The notes under the pieces were generated by a model, which searched no databases, had not been told where the DNA came from, and saw only the letters and a list, made by a program, of their open reading frames with translations. From the NCBI GenBank assembly GCA_934167095.1, contig CAKPKE010000002.1:3990-67989 (forward strand): 64,000 nt of DNA. Direction: 5' to 3'. The translations under genes and the position numbers were made by a program. Below, in pieces: positions 46,474-57,712 of the stretch. How positions within the stretch are numbered: the stretch's first letter is position 1; each line of letters starts with the position of its first letter. This stretch comes from an uncultured Clostridia bacterium (GTDB lineage: Bacteria > Bacillota > Clostridia > TANB77 > CAG-508).

Positions 46474-46549
46474 GCCACCATAGCTCAGTTGGTAGAGCAA
46501 CAGATTCGTAACCTGTAGGTCATGAGTTCGATTCTCATTGGTGGCTCCA
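46474..46549 (+). tRNA. tRNA-Thr (anticodon CGT), CCA encoded
   Basis: Cloverleaf: acceptor GCCACCA/TGGTGGC, D arm GCTC-AGTTGGTA-GAGC, anticodon loop TTCGTAA, T arm ATGAG-TTCGATT-CTCAT. TTGCTT-17-TATAAT promoter at 46434-46462. Confidence 0.9.
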
Positions 46550-46810
46550 TTTAAAATCAACTTACGGACCGAAAAGTTCGTGAGTTTTTATTTTATATAA
46601 ATACTATAAAAAAAGAGAAAAAAATATCAAAATAATTTCATCCTCTTTTTATATATTTTTAAATTTGGGATTAAAATTTGTGTCTAGCCAGCACTGAATT
46701 TGTACTCCCACACAAATTCTTATATGGGGAATACCCCAAACCCCTAAATACAAATCAAGATTTATGTTGGTTTTAGCAATGTATATTATGTAATTATTGG
46801 AACAATTCAA

Positions 46811-47842
46811 TTACCTTGATACTCCGTAATTTATTTCTCTACTTTCAAGGGTACTTTTATAAGTATCATTAACAAATTTATCTCCTAGTTCATTAACACC
46901 TATACCGTTTCTATTATTGTGACCTCTGCCTAAAATTATTTTATGTTGAACATCAATTCCTATGCTTTGCAATATTTGAATTGTTTTTTGTGCTCTAGAA
47001 AACATTTCTGTTCCTAAAACACTTCTTTGATATTTTCCGACTTCTGTTGGCACGCTTCTATCAAAATAACTCATATCATGCATAGGAGCAGGTTGACCAA
47101 AATCATCAAACCTTGAGTCTGATTTGTTTTGTGTTTCAAGTTCTCCAACATAATATCTAAACTTAATTTTTGAATAGCTTTCTAAATCAAATCTCTTGCC
47201 TGTTAAAGATTCATAATCAGCTATTCCTAATGGATAAGCCAATTTTTCTGTTGGAATAGGAATACTACCACTTGCACCACCTATACAAGCAGTTTCAACG
47301 ATGTCTGGATGTAATAAAGCAAATCGTTGTGCAAAGACTCCTGAACTTGAATATCCGTTTAAAAATATTCTATCTTTTACAACTAATCCTCTTTCTTGTT
47401 CTAAAATAGATTTTGCCCTACCAATAATTTTAACTACTTGCTCATCTATTCTATAATTTCTATCATACCTTGAAATACTAAAACATTCTTGAGATAATTG
47501 TTGTAAATATGGATAATCTCTATAGCTTGGTATTAATGGAACAACAATAGGGCTCGGCAAATCTCTTGTTAATTGTGCTAATCTAATTCCTGTTTGAGTT
47601 CCTTGTTCTATAATTTCTTGAAAATTTCCACTTTCTAAATTGTTGGCTTCTACCACAAGTTGGCTATTTGTATTTTCAGATAACGGAATTGCAAGAATAC
47701 ATGGTATATTAATACCTTTATTCATATCAGTAGCTAAAAATTTTATTTTATATGGAATTCCATTAATTTGATATTCTAAATCTATATCTCTACCATGCTC
47801 CAATTCGCTAGATACATATCTTATAAATTCATCTTTATTCAT
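46811..47842 (-). CDS. alpha/beta-hydrolase-like protein
   Basis: Nucleophile-elbow-like FLNGYSSSGVFA and C-terminal GRGHN; no closer family recognised. Confidence 0.4.
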   Translation of the reverse strand: MNKDEFIRYVSSELEHGRDIDLEYQINGIPYKIKFLATDMNKGINIPCILAIPLSENTNSQLVVEANNLESGNFQEIIEQGTQTGIRLAQLTRDLPSPIVVPLIPSYRDYPYLQQLSQECFSISRYDRNYRIDEQVVKIIGRAKSILEQERGLVVKDRIFLNGYSSSGVFAQRFALLHPDIVETACIGGASGSIPIPTEKLAYPLGIADYESLTGKRFDLESYSKIKFRYYVGELETQNKSDSRFDDFGQPAPMHDMSYFDRSVPTEVGKYQRSVLGTEMFSRAQKTIQILQSIGIDVQHKIILGRGHNNRNGIGVNELGDKFVNDTYKSTLESREINYGVSR

Positions 47843-48117
47843 ACTTATCACCTATACAATATAATATTAAAGTTTTATTTTATCTAAAATAATTATAACA
47901 TATAAATTAAATTTTTCCTATCTTTCGGAAAAAATAAAGTTTTATTACTATTGAAATCATACAGATATTACTATATAATATTTTTAGAAAGAGAGCGTTG
48001 TAGTTCGTAAGTTGTACCTTAACCGCTCCAAAATTAATTTTAGATTTTATCAATGGAAACTAATATTAGAAGTTTTTTTATTAGCAAGTAATATAAATTT
48101 TAATAAGGAATAATGAT

Positions 48118-49281
48118 ATGAGAATAAGAAATTTTGAGGATTTAATGAAATATTTAGATAAGTATGAAAATAATCCGAAAAAAATGTCTAAAATCAAGAA
48201 AAATTTTACAGAATACCTTTTACTGTGCGGGCAAGAAAATATAATGATGTTTATAGATAAAATTAAGAATATTCCTGAAATGGAAAGCACCTTATATTAC
48301 CAATCTAATTCTATTTATAAAAGATTTGGAATAGAAACTATTTTAAGAATGACACAGGAAATGAACTTTAAAAAAAGGTATGAATATATTCGCGAAATGT
48401 ATGAGGGTTTTAGAGTGAAATATTATACATTATATGAATTTGTTGAAAATTTAATAGCAAACAGTGAAAGCGAATATATATGTAAGAATGTGGAACAACT
48501 AATTGATTTGAGTGATATTCAGTTATTAATAAAATTAGGATTATTAAAAAAATTAAGACAATTAAATCCGGATAAGTTTAAAGAAATACATTCGGTTATA
48601 ATTTATAAGATAATAGGTATGCAACCTCAATTTATAGACTCGATTACATTCTATGGACTTACAAAAATATTAAATGAAATTGCTCAAAATGAGGATGTTG
48701 AGCTATCTGACATAGAATATATTGGAAAAGGAACTCTAGCAGATGTTTATAAGTTAGGCAACAAAGTAATTAAATTTGGAAAAAACAGATTGACAGATAA
48801 AATTCCTTATCATAAAAGAATTTTACAACCACTACTTAGAAGAAGAATATTATCTGGAACTAAAGATTTATATATTGAAATTTCAGAATATCTACCACCA
48901 GATAACTCAATTACAGATGAAGATGCATATTATATATATAAGGAATTAAGAGGTGATGGTATAATATGGCTCGATGCCAAAAAGGAAAACTTAGGCAGAT
49001 TGCAAAAAGATAACGTAGCTCATTTTGATGGGGTGTTGTATGTAAAGAATGAAACTGTAGGATATATTCCAGAAACAATACAAGAAGATGAAAATTTGCA
49101 CAAAGGAGATTTAGTAATATTAGATACAGACTTTTTATTTAGAGAGAAAGATTTTGATGAAAAATTATTGGATAGCAAAATAAATACTGATTTTTATAGA
49201 GTTTGTGAACGAAGATATCAAGAAGAAAGAAATGCCCAAGAACATAAAGGATGCAAATTAAGAAATATTATGGAACGATAA
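48118..49281 (+). CDS. atypical protein-kinase-fold protein with an unknown N-terminal domain
   Basis: C-terminal half has a Gly loop IGKGTLADVY, VIKFG lysine, a catalytic-loop-like WLDAKKEN and a DFG-like ILDTDF. Confidence 0.4.
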   Translation: MRIRNFEDLMKYLDKYENNPKKMSKIKKNFTEYLLLCGQENIMMFIDKIKNIPEMESTLYYQSNSIYKRFGIETILRMTQEMNFKKRYEYIREMYEGFRVKYYTLYEFVENLIANSESEYICKNVEQLIDLSDIQLLIKLGLLKKLRQLNPDKFKEIHSVIIYKIIGMQPQFIDSITFYGLTKILNEIAQNEDVELSDIEYIGKGTLADVYKLGNKVIKFGKNRLTDKIPYHKRILQPLLRRRILSGTKDLYIEISEYLPPDNSITDEDAYYIYKELRGDGIIWLDAKKENLGRLQKDNVAHFDGVLYVKNETVGYIPETIQEDENLHKGDLVILDTDFLFREKDFDEKLLDSKINTDFYRVCERRYQEERNAQEHKGCKLRNIMER

Positions 49282-49314
49282 TTTAGAAATGTAAATATTA
49301 TTTTTGGAGGCTAT

Positions 49315-49851
49315 ATGGAAGAAAAATTTGATGTATTAAATGAACGAGGTGAGTTTACAGGAAAAGTTGCAACTAGAGAGGAATGTCATAAAAAAGGATT
49401 GTGGCATAGAGCTGTTTATGCTTTTATTATAGACGAAAATAAAAATATATTGTTGCAAAAAAGAAGTGCAAATAAAAAATTATGGCCCAATTTATGGGAT
49501 GTTAGTGTTGGTGGACATGTTGATAGTGGCGAGTTTGGAAGACAAGCTTTAATAAGAGAGGCTAAAGAGGAATTAGGCATTGATATAACTGATGATGATA
49601 TTAAATATTTGGTGAGCTCTACTTCAATAAATGAAAAAGGAGATATTATAAATAAACATTACAATGAATGTTACATAATTACTAAAAACATTAATATATC
49701 TGATATAAAAATTCAAGAAGATGAAGTGTCAGATGTAAAATATTTTTCAAAAGACGATGTGCTAAAAAGAATAAAAAACAATTATGAAGGATTAACTGTA
49801 AAAACTGGAGTATGGAATTTCCTTCAAAAGATTCTTGAAATATATGTGTAA
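49315..49851 (+). CDS. NUDIX hydrolase
   Basis: Complete Nudix box GHVDSGEFGRQALIREAKEELGI. Confidence 0.75.
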   Translation: MEEKFDVLNERGEFTGKVATREECHKKGLWHRAVYAFIIDENKNILLQKRSANKKLWPNLWDVSVGGHVDSGEFGRQALIREAKEELGIDITDDDIKYLVSSTSINEKGDIINKHYNECYIITKNINISDIKIQEDEVSDVKYFSKDDVLKRIKNNYEGLTVKTGVWNFLQKILEIYV

Positions 49852-49977
49852 ATTTACAAAACTCTAGCAATTAACATAAAATTGTGATATAATGTAAAAC
49901 ATAAATCTAAGCTATGCAAGTAGCATAGCAGTTAGAAAATAAATTCTCAAATAACAAATGTAAGGAGAAAAAAACAA

Positions 49978-50454
49978 ATGAAAATTTTTCACATGGAAGA
50001 TGGCAAAGAAGTTGTGTATGTTCAGGTGCAGGACCTTATGTACATTGACAGTACGGTTCCTGTAATTCCAGCAACAATCTGGGAATCAATTTGTCAGAAA
50101 CTTCTTGGAGATGAAGGCAAGGTGTTTGTGACAGATGCGAATCGGTTTGATTTTGTAAGGTTTGAATGCGAAGAAGAAGTCGATTATTTCAAAAAAATGG
50201 ACTTCATCGTTGATTTCAATGAATACAAAAATTACACTGACAAGCAAATGTTTGAAGCTTGCAATAAGTTTATAAAAAAAGCAAATGACCTTGAAAAAAC
50301 ATGGAGCAACATGAGTGAAGCTGAAAAGAAGCAGAACAAACAGATGTTGCAAGAGTATGACCATTTGGAGTACATCTTGAGCTGGCTGTTTGAAATCTGT
50401 GCGATAAAACTTGACAGAGGGAGAACAAGCCTACCAGACTTTGCTAAAAACTAA
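49978..50454 (+). CDS. hypothetical protein, G/C-ending codon usage
   Basis: 158-aa ORF with AAGGAG SD and TGaTATAAT extended -10 upstream. A long imperfect hairpin CCTCTGCT...AGCAGAGG plus T7 follows (50503-50570). Confidence 0.45.
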   Translation: MKIFHMEDGKEVVYVQVQDLMYIDSTVPVIPATIWESICQKLLGDEGKVFVTDANRFDFVRFECEEEVDYFKKMDFIVDFNEYKNYTDKQMFEACNKFIKKANDLEKTWSNMSEAEKKQNKQMLQEYDHLEYILSWLFEICAIKLDRGRTSLPDFAKN

Positions 50455-50654
50455 GAAAAATCAAATTATTAGCTCTGTTATGTGAAGTAAAAAACACAGC
50501 GACCTCTGCTGACGGTGAGTGTTGTAGCCAAATTGTTTGGCACAAATTCACCTAAAGCAGAGGCATTTTTTTGCGTTTTTTATTCAAAACCTTTTACTAT
50601 TTGTGAAACCATGTTATAATAGCTATGCAAATACTAACCTAAGAAAGGATTATT

Positions 50655-51560
50655 ATGGGATTTTTTGAAAAATTAAAAAATGGATTAAATAAAACAAAAA
50701 CATCATTTGATGAAAAAATGAATAATGTTTTTAGTAATTTTAGAAAAGTTGATGAGGAATTATTAGAGGAGCTAGAAGAAGCACTAATAATGTCTGATGT
50801 AGGAGCTGAAACATCTAGCAAAATAATAAATAATTTAAGAACTCAAATAAAAAGACAAAATATACAAGACGAAGAAGGAGTAAAAGAACTATTAAGACAA
50901 GAAATAAAATCAATTTTTGATGAAACAGATAGCTCTTTAAAATTAGAAACAAAGCCAGCAGTAATACTTGTAGTTGGAGTAAATGGTGTTGGAAAAACAA
51001 CTTCAATTGGGAAAATTGCAAATAAACTAAAAAAAGATGGAAAAAAGGTTGTTGTTGCAGCAGCAGATACATTTAGAGCAGCAGCGGTTGAGCAACTTCA
51101 AATTTGGGCAGACAGAAGTGGTTGCGATATAGTAAAAAGAGAAGAAGGAATTGATCCTGCATCAGTTGTTTTTGATGCAATAAAAATTTGCAAAGAAAAA
51201 CAAGCAGATGTTTTAATTTGTGACACAGCAGGAAGACTTCATAATAAAAAATATTTAATGGACGAACTTGTAAAAATTAAAAGAGTAATAGATAAAGAAC
51301 TTCCAGAAGCATCAAGAGAAGTATTAATGGTGCTAGATGCAACAACTGGCCAAAATGCAATTTCACAAGTTCAAGCTTTTAAAGAAGCTGTTGATATAAC
51401 AGGAATTGTACTTACAAAGCTTGATGGAACTGCAAAAGGTGGAGCTGTAATTGGAATTGTAAATGAAAATAAAGTTCCAATAAAATTCATAGGTGTTGGC
51501 GAGCAAATAGATGATATGGAAATATTTAATAGTGAAGATTTTGTAAAAGCTTTAATATAA
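50655..51560 (+). CDS. ftsY: signal recognition particle receptor FtsY
   Basis: GVNGVGKTTSIGK, DTAGR and TKLDG motifs. Confidence 0.9.
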   Translation: MGFFEKLKNGLNKTKTSFDEKMNNVFSNFRKVDEELLEELEEALIMSDVGAETSSKIINNLRTQIKRQNIQDEEGVKELLRQEIKSIFDETDSSLKLETKPAVILVVGVNGVGKTTSIGKIANKLKKDGKKVVVAAADTFRAAAVEQLQIWADRSGCDIVKREEGIDPASVVFDAIKICKEKQADVLICDTAGRLHNKKYLMDELVKIKRVIDKELPEASREVLMVLDATTGQNAISQVQAFKEAVDITGIVLTKLDGTAKGGAVIGIVNENKVPIKFIGVGEQIDDMEIFNSEDFVKALI

Positions 51561-51576
51561 GGAGGTAGAAATTTAA

Positions 51577-54447
51577 GTGGAAAATCAAGAAAAAGACACT
51601 AAAATAAATGTCGAAAATAGTAAAGTAGAGCAAAATAAAGATGGGGATAATAAGAAAAAACGTAAAATAAGAAAAATATTAGTAACAATAGTTGCAGCAA
51701 TCGCGATATTTGCAATATTTGTTTATGCAAGAGGCGAATACCTTGAAATAAAAGAAATTGGTGAAAACTATTTATCTATATTTAATCAAAATATGAGAAA
51801 TGTAAGTGTTACAGCAATAATCAATTTTGCAATAGTATTTTGGGTAACTTACATTACAACAAAAAGAGTAAAAAAAGGTCTTACAACATTCTTTGAAGAT
51901 GAAAAAAAAGCTATGCCAGTTCTTCCTCAAAAATCAATATCGTTTATAATTGCAACAATAGTAACGATTTGCACAACTCCAATAATTCTACAAAAAGCGC
52001 AATTATGCTTCTTTAATACACAATTTGTTGAGGCAGATCCTGTACTAGGTCTAGATATTGGTTTCTTTGTATTTATATGGCCATTTTTAGAGCTAATTAC
52101 TCTATATGCAATGATTGCCGTAATTGCATCAACAGTTTATGCAGCAATATATTACATTTTAGTATTTAATATATGCTTTGATGGAATTACAAGAGAAAGT
52201 GTTAAGAAAAGCGGTCTTTTAGACCAAGCTTTAGTAAATATAAAAGTTTTAGTAGTAATTATTGCAGTACTAATATTACTTGAAAATGTAAATATAGGAG
52301 TGCAAAAATTTTTAGTTCTAAATACTGAAGAGTCTATAAATTATTCATTATATGGAGCTGGAATTACAGAGGTGAAAATTAAATTTTTTGCATATATAGC
52401 ACTTGCACCAATTATTTTAATTGCAGCATTTAAGGCAATAGCAAACTTTAAAAAGAAGAATACCAAAAAGGTAATTTCTTCAATATTAATTGTTCCTGGT
52501 TACTTATTAATTGTTTTATTAGTAATGGTTGGATTTAATTTAATATATGTAAATTCTAATGAATTAGATAAAGAAAAACAATATATTGCATATAACATCA
52601 AAAATACAAAAAATGCTTATGGAATAGACATAGATGAAATTAGCGTTCAAGATGAAGGCACAATAAAAAAAGAAGCTATAGATGAAAATGCAAATACTAT
52701 AGAAAACATTCCAATAGTAACAAGTGACATGCTATTAAAAGATTTAGCAAGCTCAAATTCTAGTAAAGGATATTATGAATTTAAAACAACATCACTTGCA
52801 ACTTATAATATAGATGGAAAAGAAAAATTAATATATATTTCTCCAAGAGAAATTACAACAAAACAATCAGCTTATAACACAAAAACTTATGAATACACAC
52901 ATGGATTTGGTACAATAATATCAAATGCAACTGAAGTTTCTAGCAGTGGAAATATAATTCATATACAAAAAGACTTTGAAAAAAGTGATGAAGTTATAAG
53001 TGTTACAGAGCCAAGAATCTACTTTGGAATAAATACAAATAATACAATTGTTACAAATAGCAACGGTAAAAAAGAATTTGATTATCCAATACAAGATGCA
53101 ACTCAGAATACAGAAAATTCTTATGATGGACAAGCTGGAATTACAGCAAACTTCATCGATAGACTTGTTTTAGCAATAAAAGAAAAAGACTTAAAGCTAG
53201 TTTTTTCAGGAAATGTAACAAGTGAAAGTAAAATCTTAATTAATAGAAATGTTATTCAAAGAGCAAAAACTTTAATGCCATATCTAACTTATGATGATGA
53301 ACCATATATGGTGATAAATTCGGATGGTGAGCTAATCTGGGTATTAGATGCATATACAACAAGCAACAATTATCCATATTCTCAAAGAACAACTCTAAAG
53401 GACAATGGAATTTCAAAACAAGAAATTAATTACATAAGAAATTCTGTAAAAGTGCTAGTAAATGCATACACTGGTGAAATAAAATTCTATAGAACTGATA
53501 AATCAGATCCTATAGCTACAGTTTATAAAAACATGTATCCTGATTTATTTACAGATGACGAAATTCCAGAAGATATATCAAGTCATTTCAAATATCCTAA
53601 ATATTTATATAATATTCAAGCCGAAGTATTAGAAAGATATCACAATGTACAACCAGATGTATTATATAGAAATGATGATGTTTGGGCAGTTGCAACACAT
53701 AGCTCAACAAGAAAAATGACATCAAGCAAAGGAACAACAATTCAAGCATATTACACAATGACAAAAACAACTGATTCAGATGAAAGTAAATTAGGTTTAG
53801 TTCTACCATATACACCTTATGGAAAACAAAACCTAAGAGGATATTTAGTAGGAACAGTAAATGATAATGGCGAAAATGTTCTAAAATTATATAATTATGC
53901 CGAAAATAGTAATGTTTTAGGTCCAATGCAATTAGATACACAATTAGAACAAGATGAAACAATATCAAAAGAATTAGAAAGCTTAAATGTTGCAGGAACT
54001 AAAATTACAAAGGACATAATAATAGTGCCAATTGACAATACTTTATTATATGTTGAGCCAATTTATCAACAATATGTAAACGAAAAAGATACATTGCCAA
54101 CACTTAAAAAAGTAGTTGTTGCATCTGGCTCAAAAGTTGCAATAGGAAATACATTTAACGAGGCTATAAGTAACTTAGTTTCACAATATGCTGTTGATAT
54201 TGAAGTTGAAAATACTGATGATTTAAATGAATTAATGGATCAAATTATAAAAGCAAATTCAAATTTAGATGTTTCAACAAAAACAGGAGATTGGGAGCAA
54301 ACAGGAAAAGATATAACAAAATTACAAAATCTAATTAAAAGATTAGAAGAGTTAAAAAAGGAAAAAGACCAAAAATCAGCTGAAGAAAAAGCTAATCAAG
54401 TAGATGTAGAAGAAAGCAATAATGAAACAAATGCTATCATAGAATAA
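51577..54447 (+). CDS. large polytopic membrane protein, UPF0182-like
   Basis: GTG start, ~7 N-terminal TM helices, then a ~650-aa extracytoplasmic region. Size and layout are typical of UPF0182 (COG1615). Confidence 0.5.
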   Translation: MENQEKDTKINVENSKVEQNKDGDNKKKRKIRKILVTIVAAIAIFAIFVYARGEYLEIKEIGENYLSIFNQNMRNVSVTAIINFAIVFWVTYITTKRVKKGLTTFFEDEKKAMPVLPQKSISFIIATIVTICTTPIILQKAQLCFFNTQFVEADPVLGLDIGFFVFIWPFLELITLYAMIAVIASTVYAAIYYILVFNICFDGITRESVKKSGLLDQALVNIKVLVVIIAVLILLENVNIGVQKFLVLNTEESINYSLYGAGITEVKIKFFAYIALAPIILIAAFKAIANFKKKNTKKVISSILIVPGYLLIVLLVMVGFNLIYVNSNELDKEKQYIAYNIKNTKNAYGIDIDEISVQDEGTIKKEAIDENANTIENIPIVTSDMLLKDLASSNSSKGYYEFKTTSLATYNIDGKEKLIYISPREITTKQSAYNTKTYEYTHGFGTIISNATEVSSSGNIIHIQKDFEKSDEVISVTEPRIYFGINTNNTIVTNSNGKKEFDYPIQDATQNTENSYDGQAGITANFIDRLVLAIKEKDLKLVFSGNVTSESKILINRNVIQRAKTLMPYLTYDDEPYMVINSDGELIWVLDAYTTSNNYPYSQRTTLKDNGISKQEINYIRNSVKVLVNAYTGEIKFYRTDKSDPIATVYKNMYPDLFTDDEIPEDISSHFKYPKYLYNIQAEVLERYHNVQPDVLYRNDDVWAVATHSSTRKMTSSKGTTIQAYYTMTKTTDSDESKLGLVLPYTPYGKQNLRGYLVGTVNDNGENVLKLYNYAENSNVLGPMQLDTQLEQDETISKELESLNVAGTKITKDIIIVPIDNTLLYVEPIYQQYVNEKDTLPTLKKVVVASGSKVAIGNTFNEAISNLVSQYAVDIEVENTDDLNELMDQIIKANSNLDVSTKTGDWEQTGKDITKLQNLIKRLEELKKEKDQKSAEEKANQVDVEESNNETNAIIE

Positions 54448-54489
54448 AATTCATAAAAAACGGCCAAACTATAAAAGAGGTCGTTTTTT

Positions 54490-54774
54490 GTGAATAATAA
54501 ATTAGAAAGAAAAGCTTTATCTGAAATAAAAAAGCTAAATAGAAAATTTGAAAATAATCAAATATTAGATGCAATAGAACTACTCGGAAATCCTAAAAAA
54601 CTTTTAGTAAGAAACTTTGCATCCGGACTAGCAAAAGGAATTGGTGTTGGTATTGGAATTTCAATAATTACAGCGATTTTAATTTACACAGCACAAAAAA
54701 TAATAACATTAAATATTCCTGTTATAAGTGAGTATATTGCTGATATTTTAGAAATAGTAAATTCAAGAAGATAA
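54490..54774 (+). CDS. small membrane protein (DUF5665-like)
   Basis: NFASGLAKGIGVGIGISIITAILIY hydrophobic core; GTG start after an AAGAGG SD. Confidence 0.35.
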   Translation: MNNKLERKALSEIKKLNRKFENNQILDAIELLGNPKKLLVRNFASGLAKGIGVGIGISIITAILIYTAQKIITLNIPVISEYIADILEIVNSRR

Positions 54775-54933
54775 ATTAAAAAATGTTAAATGAAATATAT
54801 ATACTCAAGGTTAAATATCAAGCAAAAAAGTTGAATGATGTAAAGTAGATGTAAGATGAACGAGAAAAATAAAGTAAAATCTTGTTATTTTAAATGTTTT
54901 TTTGTAAAATAATATACATGGAGGGCAAAAACA

Positions 54934-57196
54934 GTGGTTGCAGAGATAATATTAAATAGTAAAGTTAAAAATTTAAATAAAACTTTTGACTATATAATAC
55001 CTAAAAAACTTGAAGATGAAGTTTTTGTAGGTAGTCGTGTTTTTGTGCCTTTTGGAAATAAAAAAGAATATGAAGAAGGCTTCGTTGTAAAAATTAAAGA
55101 AACATCGCCATACATAGAAAAACTAAAAGAAATTGCTGAAATTGAGGAATTTTCTAAGGTTAGCAAAGAAAAATTAAATCTTGCAAAATACATGGCAAGA
55201 AGGTATTTTTGCAATGTATCAGAATGTATAAAATTAATGCTTCCACCAGGAACAACAACTACAAATGTAGAAAAAAGAATTAATGATAAAAAGCAGAATT
55301 TTGTAAGTTTATTAAAAGATGAAGATGAAATAAATGAAGAAATTGAAAGTGGCAAAATAAAATCAGAAAAGCAAATAAGAGCATTAAAATTTTTAATTGA
55401 AAATGACGAAGTATCAAGTGTCGATTTGCAAAATTTTGCAGATGTCAGTTTAGCTATATTAAAAACATTAGAGAAAAATGGATACATAGAAATATATGAA
55501 AAAGAAGTAGAAAGAAATCCATTTATACATAAAGTTGTCAAAAAAACAGAAAATTTAAAGTTAAATGATGAGCAACAAGAGGCCTTTGAAAAAATAAATG
55601 CTTCTTTGGAATTTAATGAATATGATGAATTTTTAATATTTGGAGTAACAGGCTCACGGAAAAACAGAAATATATATACAACTTATAGAACAAGCATTAA
55701 AACAAGATAAATCAAGCATCGTACTAGTTCCAGAAATATCTTTAACACCGCAGACTGTAGATAGGTTTCTAAGTAGATTTGGAGAAGATAAAATTGCGGT
55801 ACTTCATAGCAAACTATCTGTTGGCGAAAGATTTGACCAATGGAAAAAAATAGAGCAGGGAAAAGCAAAAATTGTAATAGGGGCAAGGTCTGCAATATTT
55901 GCACCAGTTCAAAATTTAGGTCTAATCATAATTGATGAGGAACATGACGATTCATATAAAGCTGAAAATAGTCCAAGATATAATGCAAAGGAAATAGCAA
56001 GTTATCTTGCAAAAGAAGCTGGAGCTCCAGTTGTTTTAGGAAGTGCGACACCTGACATGACAACATATTATAAAGCAATAAATGGAGAAATTCAGTACAT
56101 AGAATTAAAAAATAGGGCAAATAATTCAAATCTTCCGCAAGTAGAAGTTATAGACTTAAGAAAAGAACTTGCTTTAGGTAACAAAACAATGCTAAGCCTA
56201 AAATTGCAAGAAGAAATAAAGAAAAATTTGCAAGATAAAAAGCAAACAATTTTATTTTTGAATAGAAGAGGATTTTCAACATTCATAATGTGCAGAGATT
56301 GTGGCTATGTTGCTAAATGTAAAAATTGTGATATATCTTTAACATATCATTTAAGGCAAAATAAATTAAAATGTCACTATTGCGGATATGAAACTCAAAT
56401 GCTAAAAAAATGTCCAGAATGTAATAGTGAAAATATTAGATACTTTGGAAGTGGAACCCAAAAGCTAGAAGAGCAGGTTAAAAAGATGTTCCCTGAAGCA
56501 TCCACAATAAGAATGGATATAGATACAGTAACTAAGAAAAATTCCCATGAGGATATTTTAAATAAATTCAAGAATGAAAATGTAGACATCTTAATTGGAA
56601 CTCAAATGGTTGTAAAAGGTCATCATTTTCCAAATGTTACATTAGTTGGAGTAATTGCTGCAGACGGAAGCTTGAATATAGATGATTATAGAGCACATGA
56701 GAGAACTTTTCAGATTCTAACTCAGGTTGCAGGGCGAGCTGGAAGAGGTGAAGAAGAAGGAAGAGTAATAATTCAAAGTTACAATCCAGAACATGTAGTA
56801 ATTCAAGATGCAAAAAAGCAAGATTATAAGCTTTTTTTTGGAACTGAGCTTGCAATAAGAAAACAGTTGAGATATCCACCTTTTTGTGATATAATACTAA
56901 TCGGAGTTTCAAGTAAAAGTGAAATCGAAACAAAAAATATTTGTGATATAGTTTATAAAAGTTTAAAAGAAAAAATTGAAACTCAAAATTTAAAAATACT
57001 ATTATATAAACCAGTTCCTTCGCCAATAGATAAAATTAAAAATAAATTTAGGTGGAGAATAATTGTAAAATGTAAAACTGATGATGAAATAATAAATGAG
57101 CTAACAAATGTTTTAAATGTAGCAAATGAAAAGACTAAAAACAGTAAAAATGAAACAAGAGTAAGTATTAATATAAATCCAAGTAGTATGTTATAA
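54934..57196 (+). pseudogene. priA: primosomal protein N' (PriA helicase), +1 frameshift in Walker A
   Basis: The N-terminal frame ends ...FGVTGS, then there is an extra C at 55657. GKTEIYIQLIEQAL...IIIDEEHD...Cys4 zinc fingers...GRAGR continue in the next frame through 57196. Confidence 0.85.
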
Positions 57197-57212
57197 AGAA
57201 AGGAGTAAATAG

Positions 57213-57692
57213 ATGGCAATTAGGGAAATAAGACTAAATGGAGATGAAATCTTAAGAAAAAAAGCAAGAGAAGTAGAAAAAGTAGACGAAAAAATCCAAG
57301 AACTATTAGAAGACATGGTAGAAACGATGCATGAATATAATGGTGTTGGACTTGCTGCTCCACAAGTAGGAATACTAAAAAGAGCTATAGTAATTGATCT
57401 ATACGATGGAAATGAACCGTTAAAATTAGTAAATCCTAAAATTTTAAAAGAAAAAGGAAAGCAAAAAGTTGATGAAGGATGTTTAAGTTTTCCAAATCAA
57501 TTTGCAAAAATGGTAAGACCAAAAGAAGTTACAGTAGAAGCTTTAAATGAAAAAGGTGAAACAGTAACAATAGAAGCGGTAGACTTACTTGCACAAGCAT
57601 TAGTGCACGAAATTGAACACTTAGATGGAATATTATTCGTTGATAATATGATACCTGGAACATTAAAATATATAGATCCAGAAGAAAATTAA
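57213..57692 (+). CDS. def: peptide deformylase
   Basis: GVGLAAPQ, EGCLSFP and HEIEHLDG motifs. Confidence 0.9.
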   Translation: MAIREIRLNGDEILRKKAREVEKVDEKIQELLEDMVETMHEYNGVGLAAPQVGILKRAIVIDLYDGNEPLKLVNPKILKEKGKQKVDEGCLSFPNQFAKMVRPKEVTVEALNEKGETVTIEAVDLLAQALVHEIEHLDGILFVDNMIPGTLKYIDPEEN

Positions 57693-57712
57693 AAAAAGGA
57701 ATGAAAATTTTT

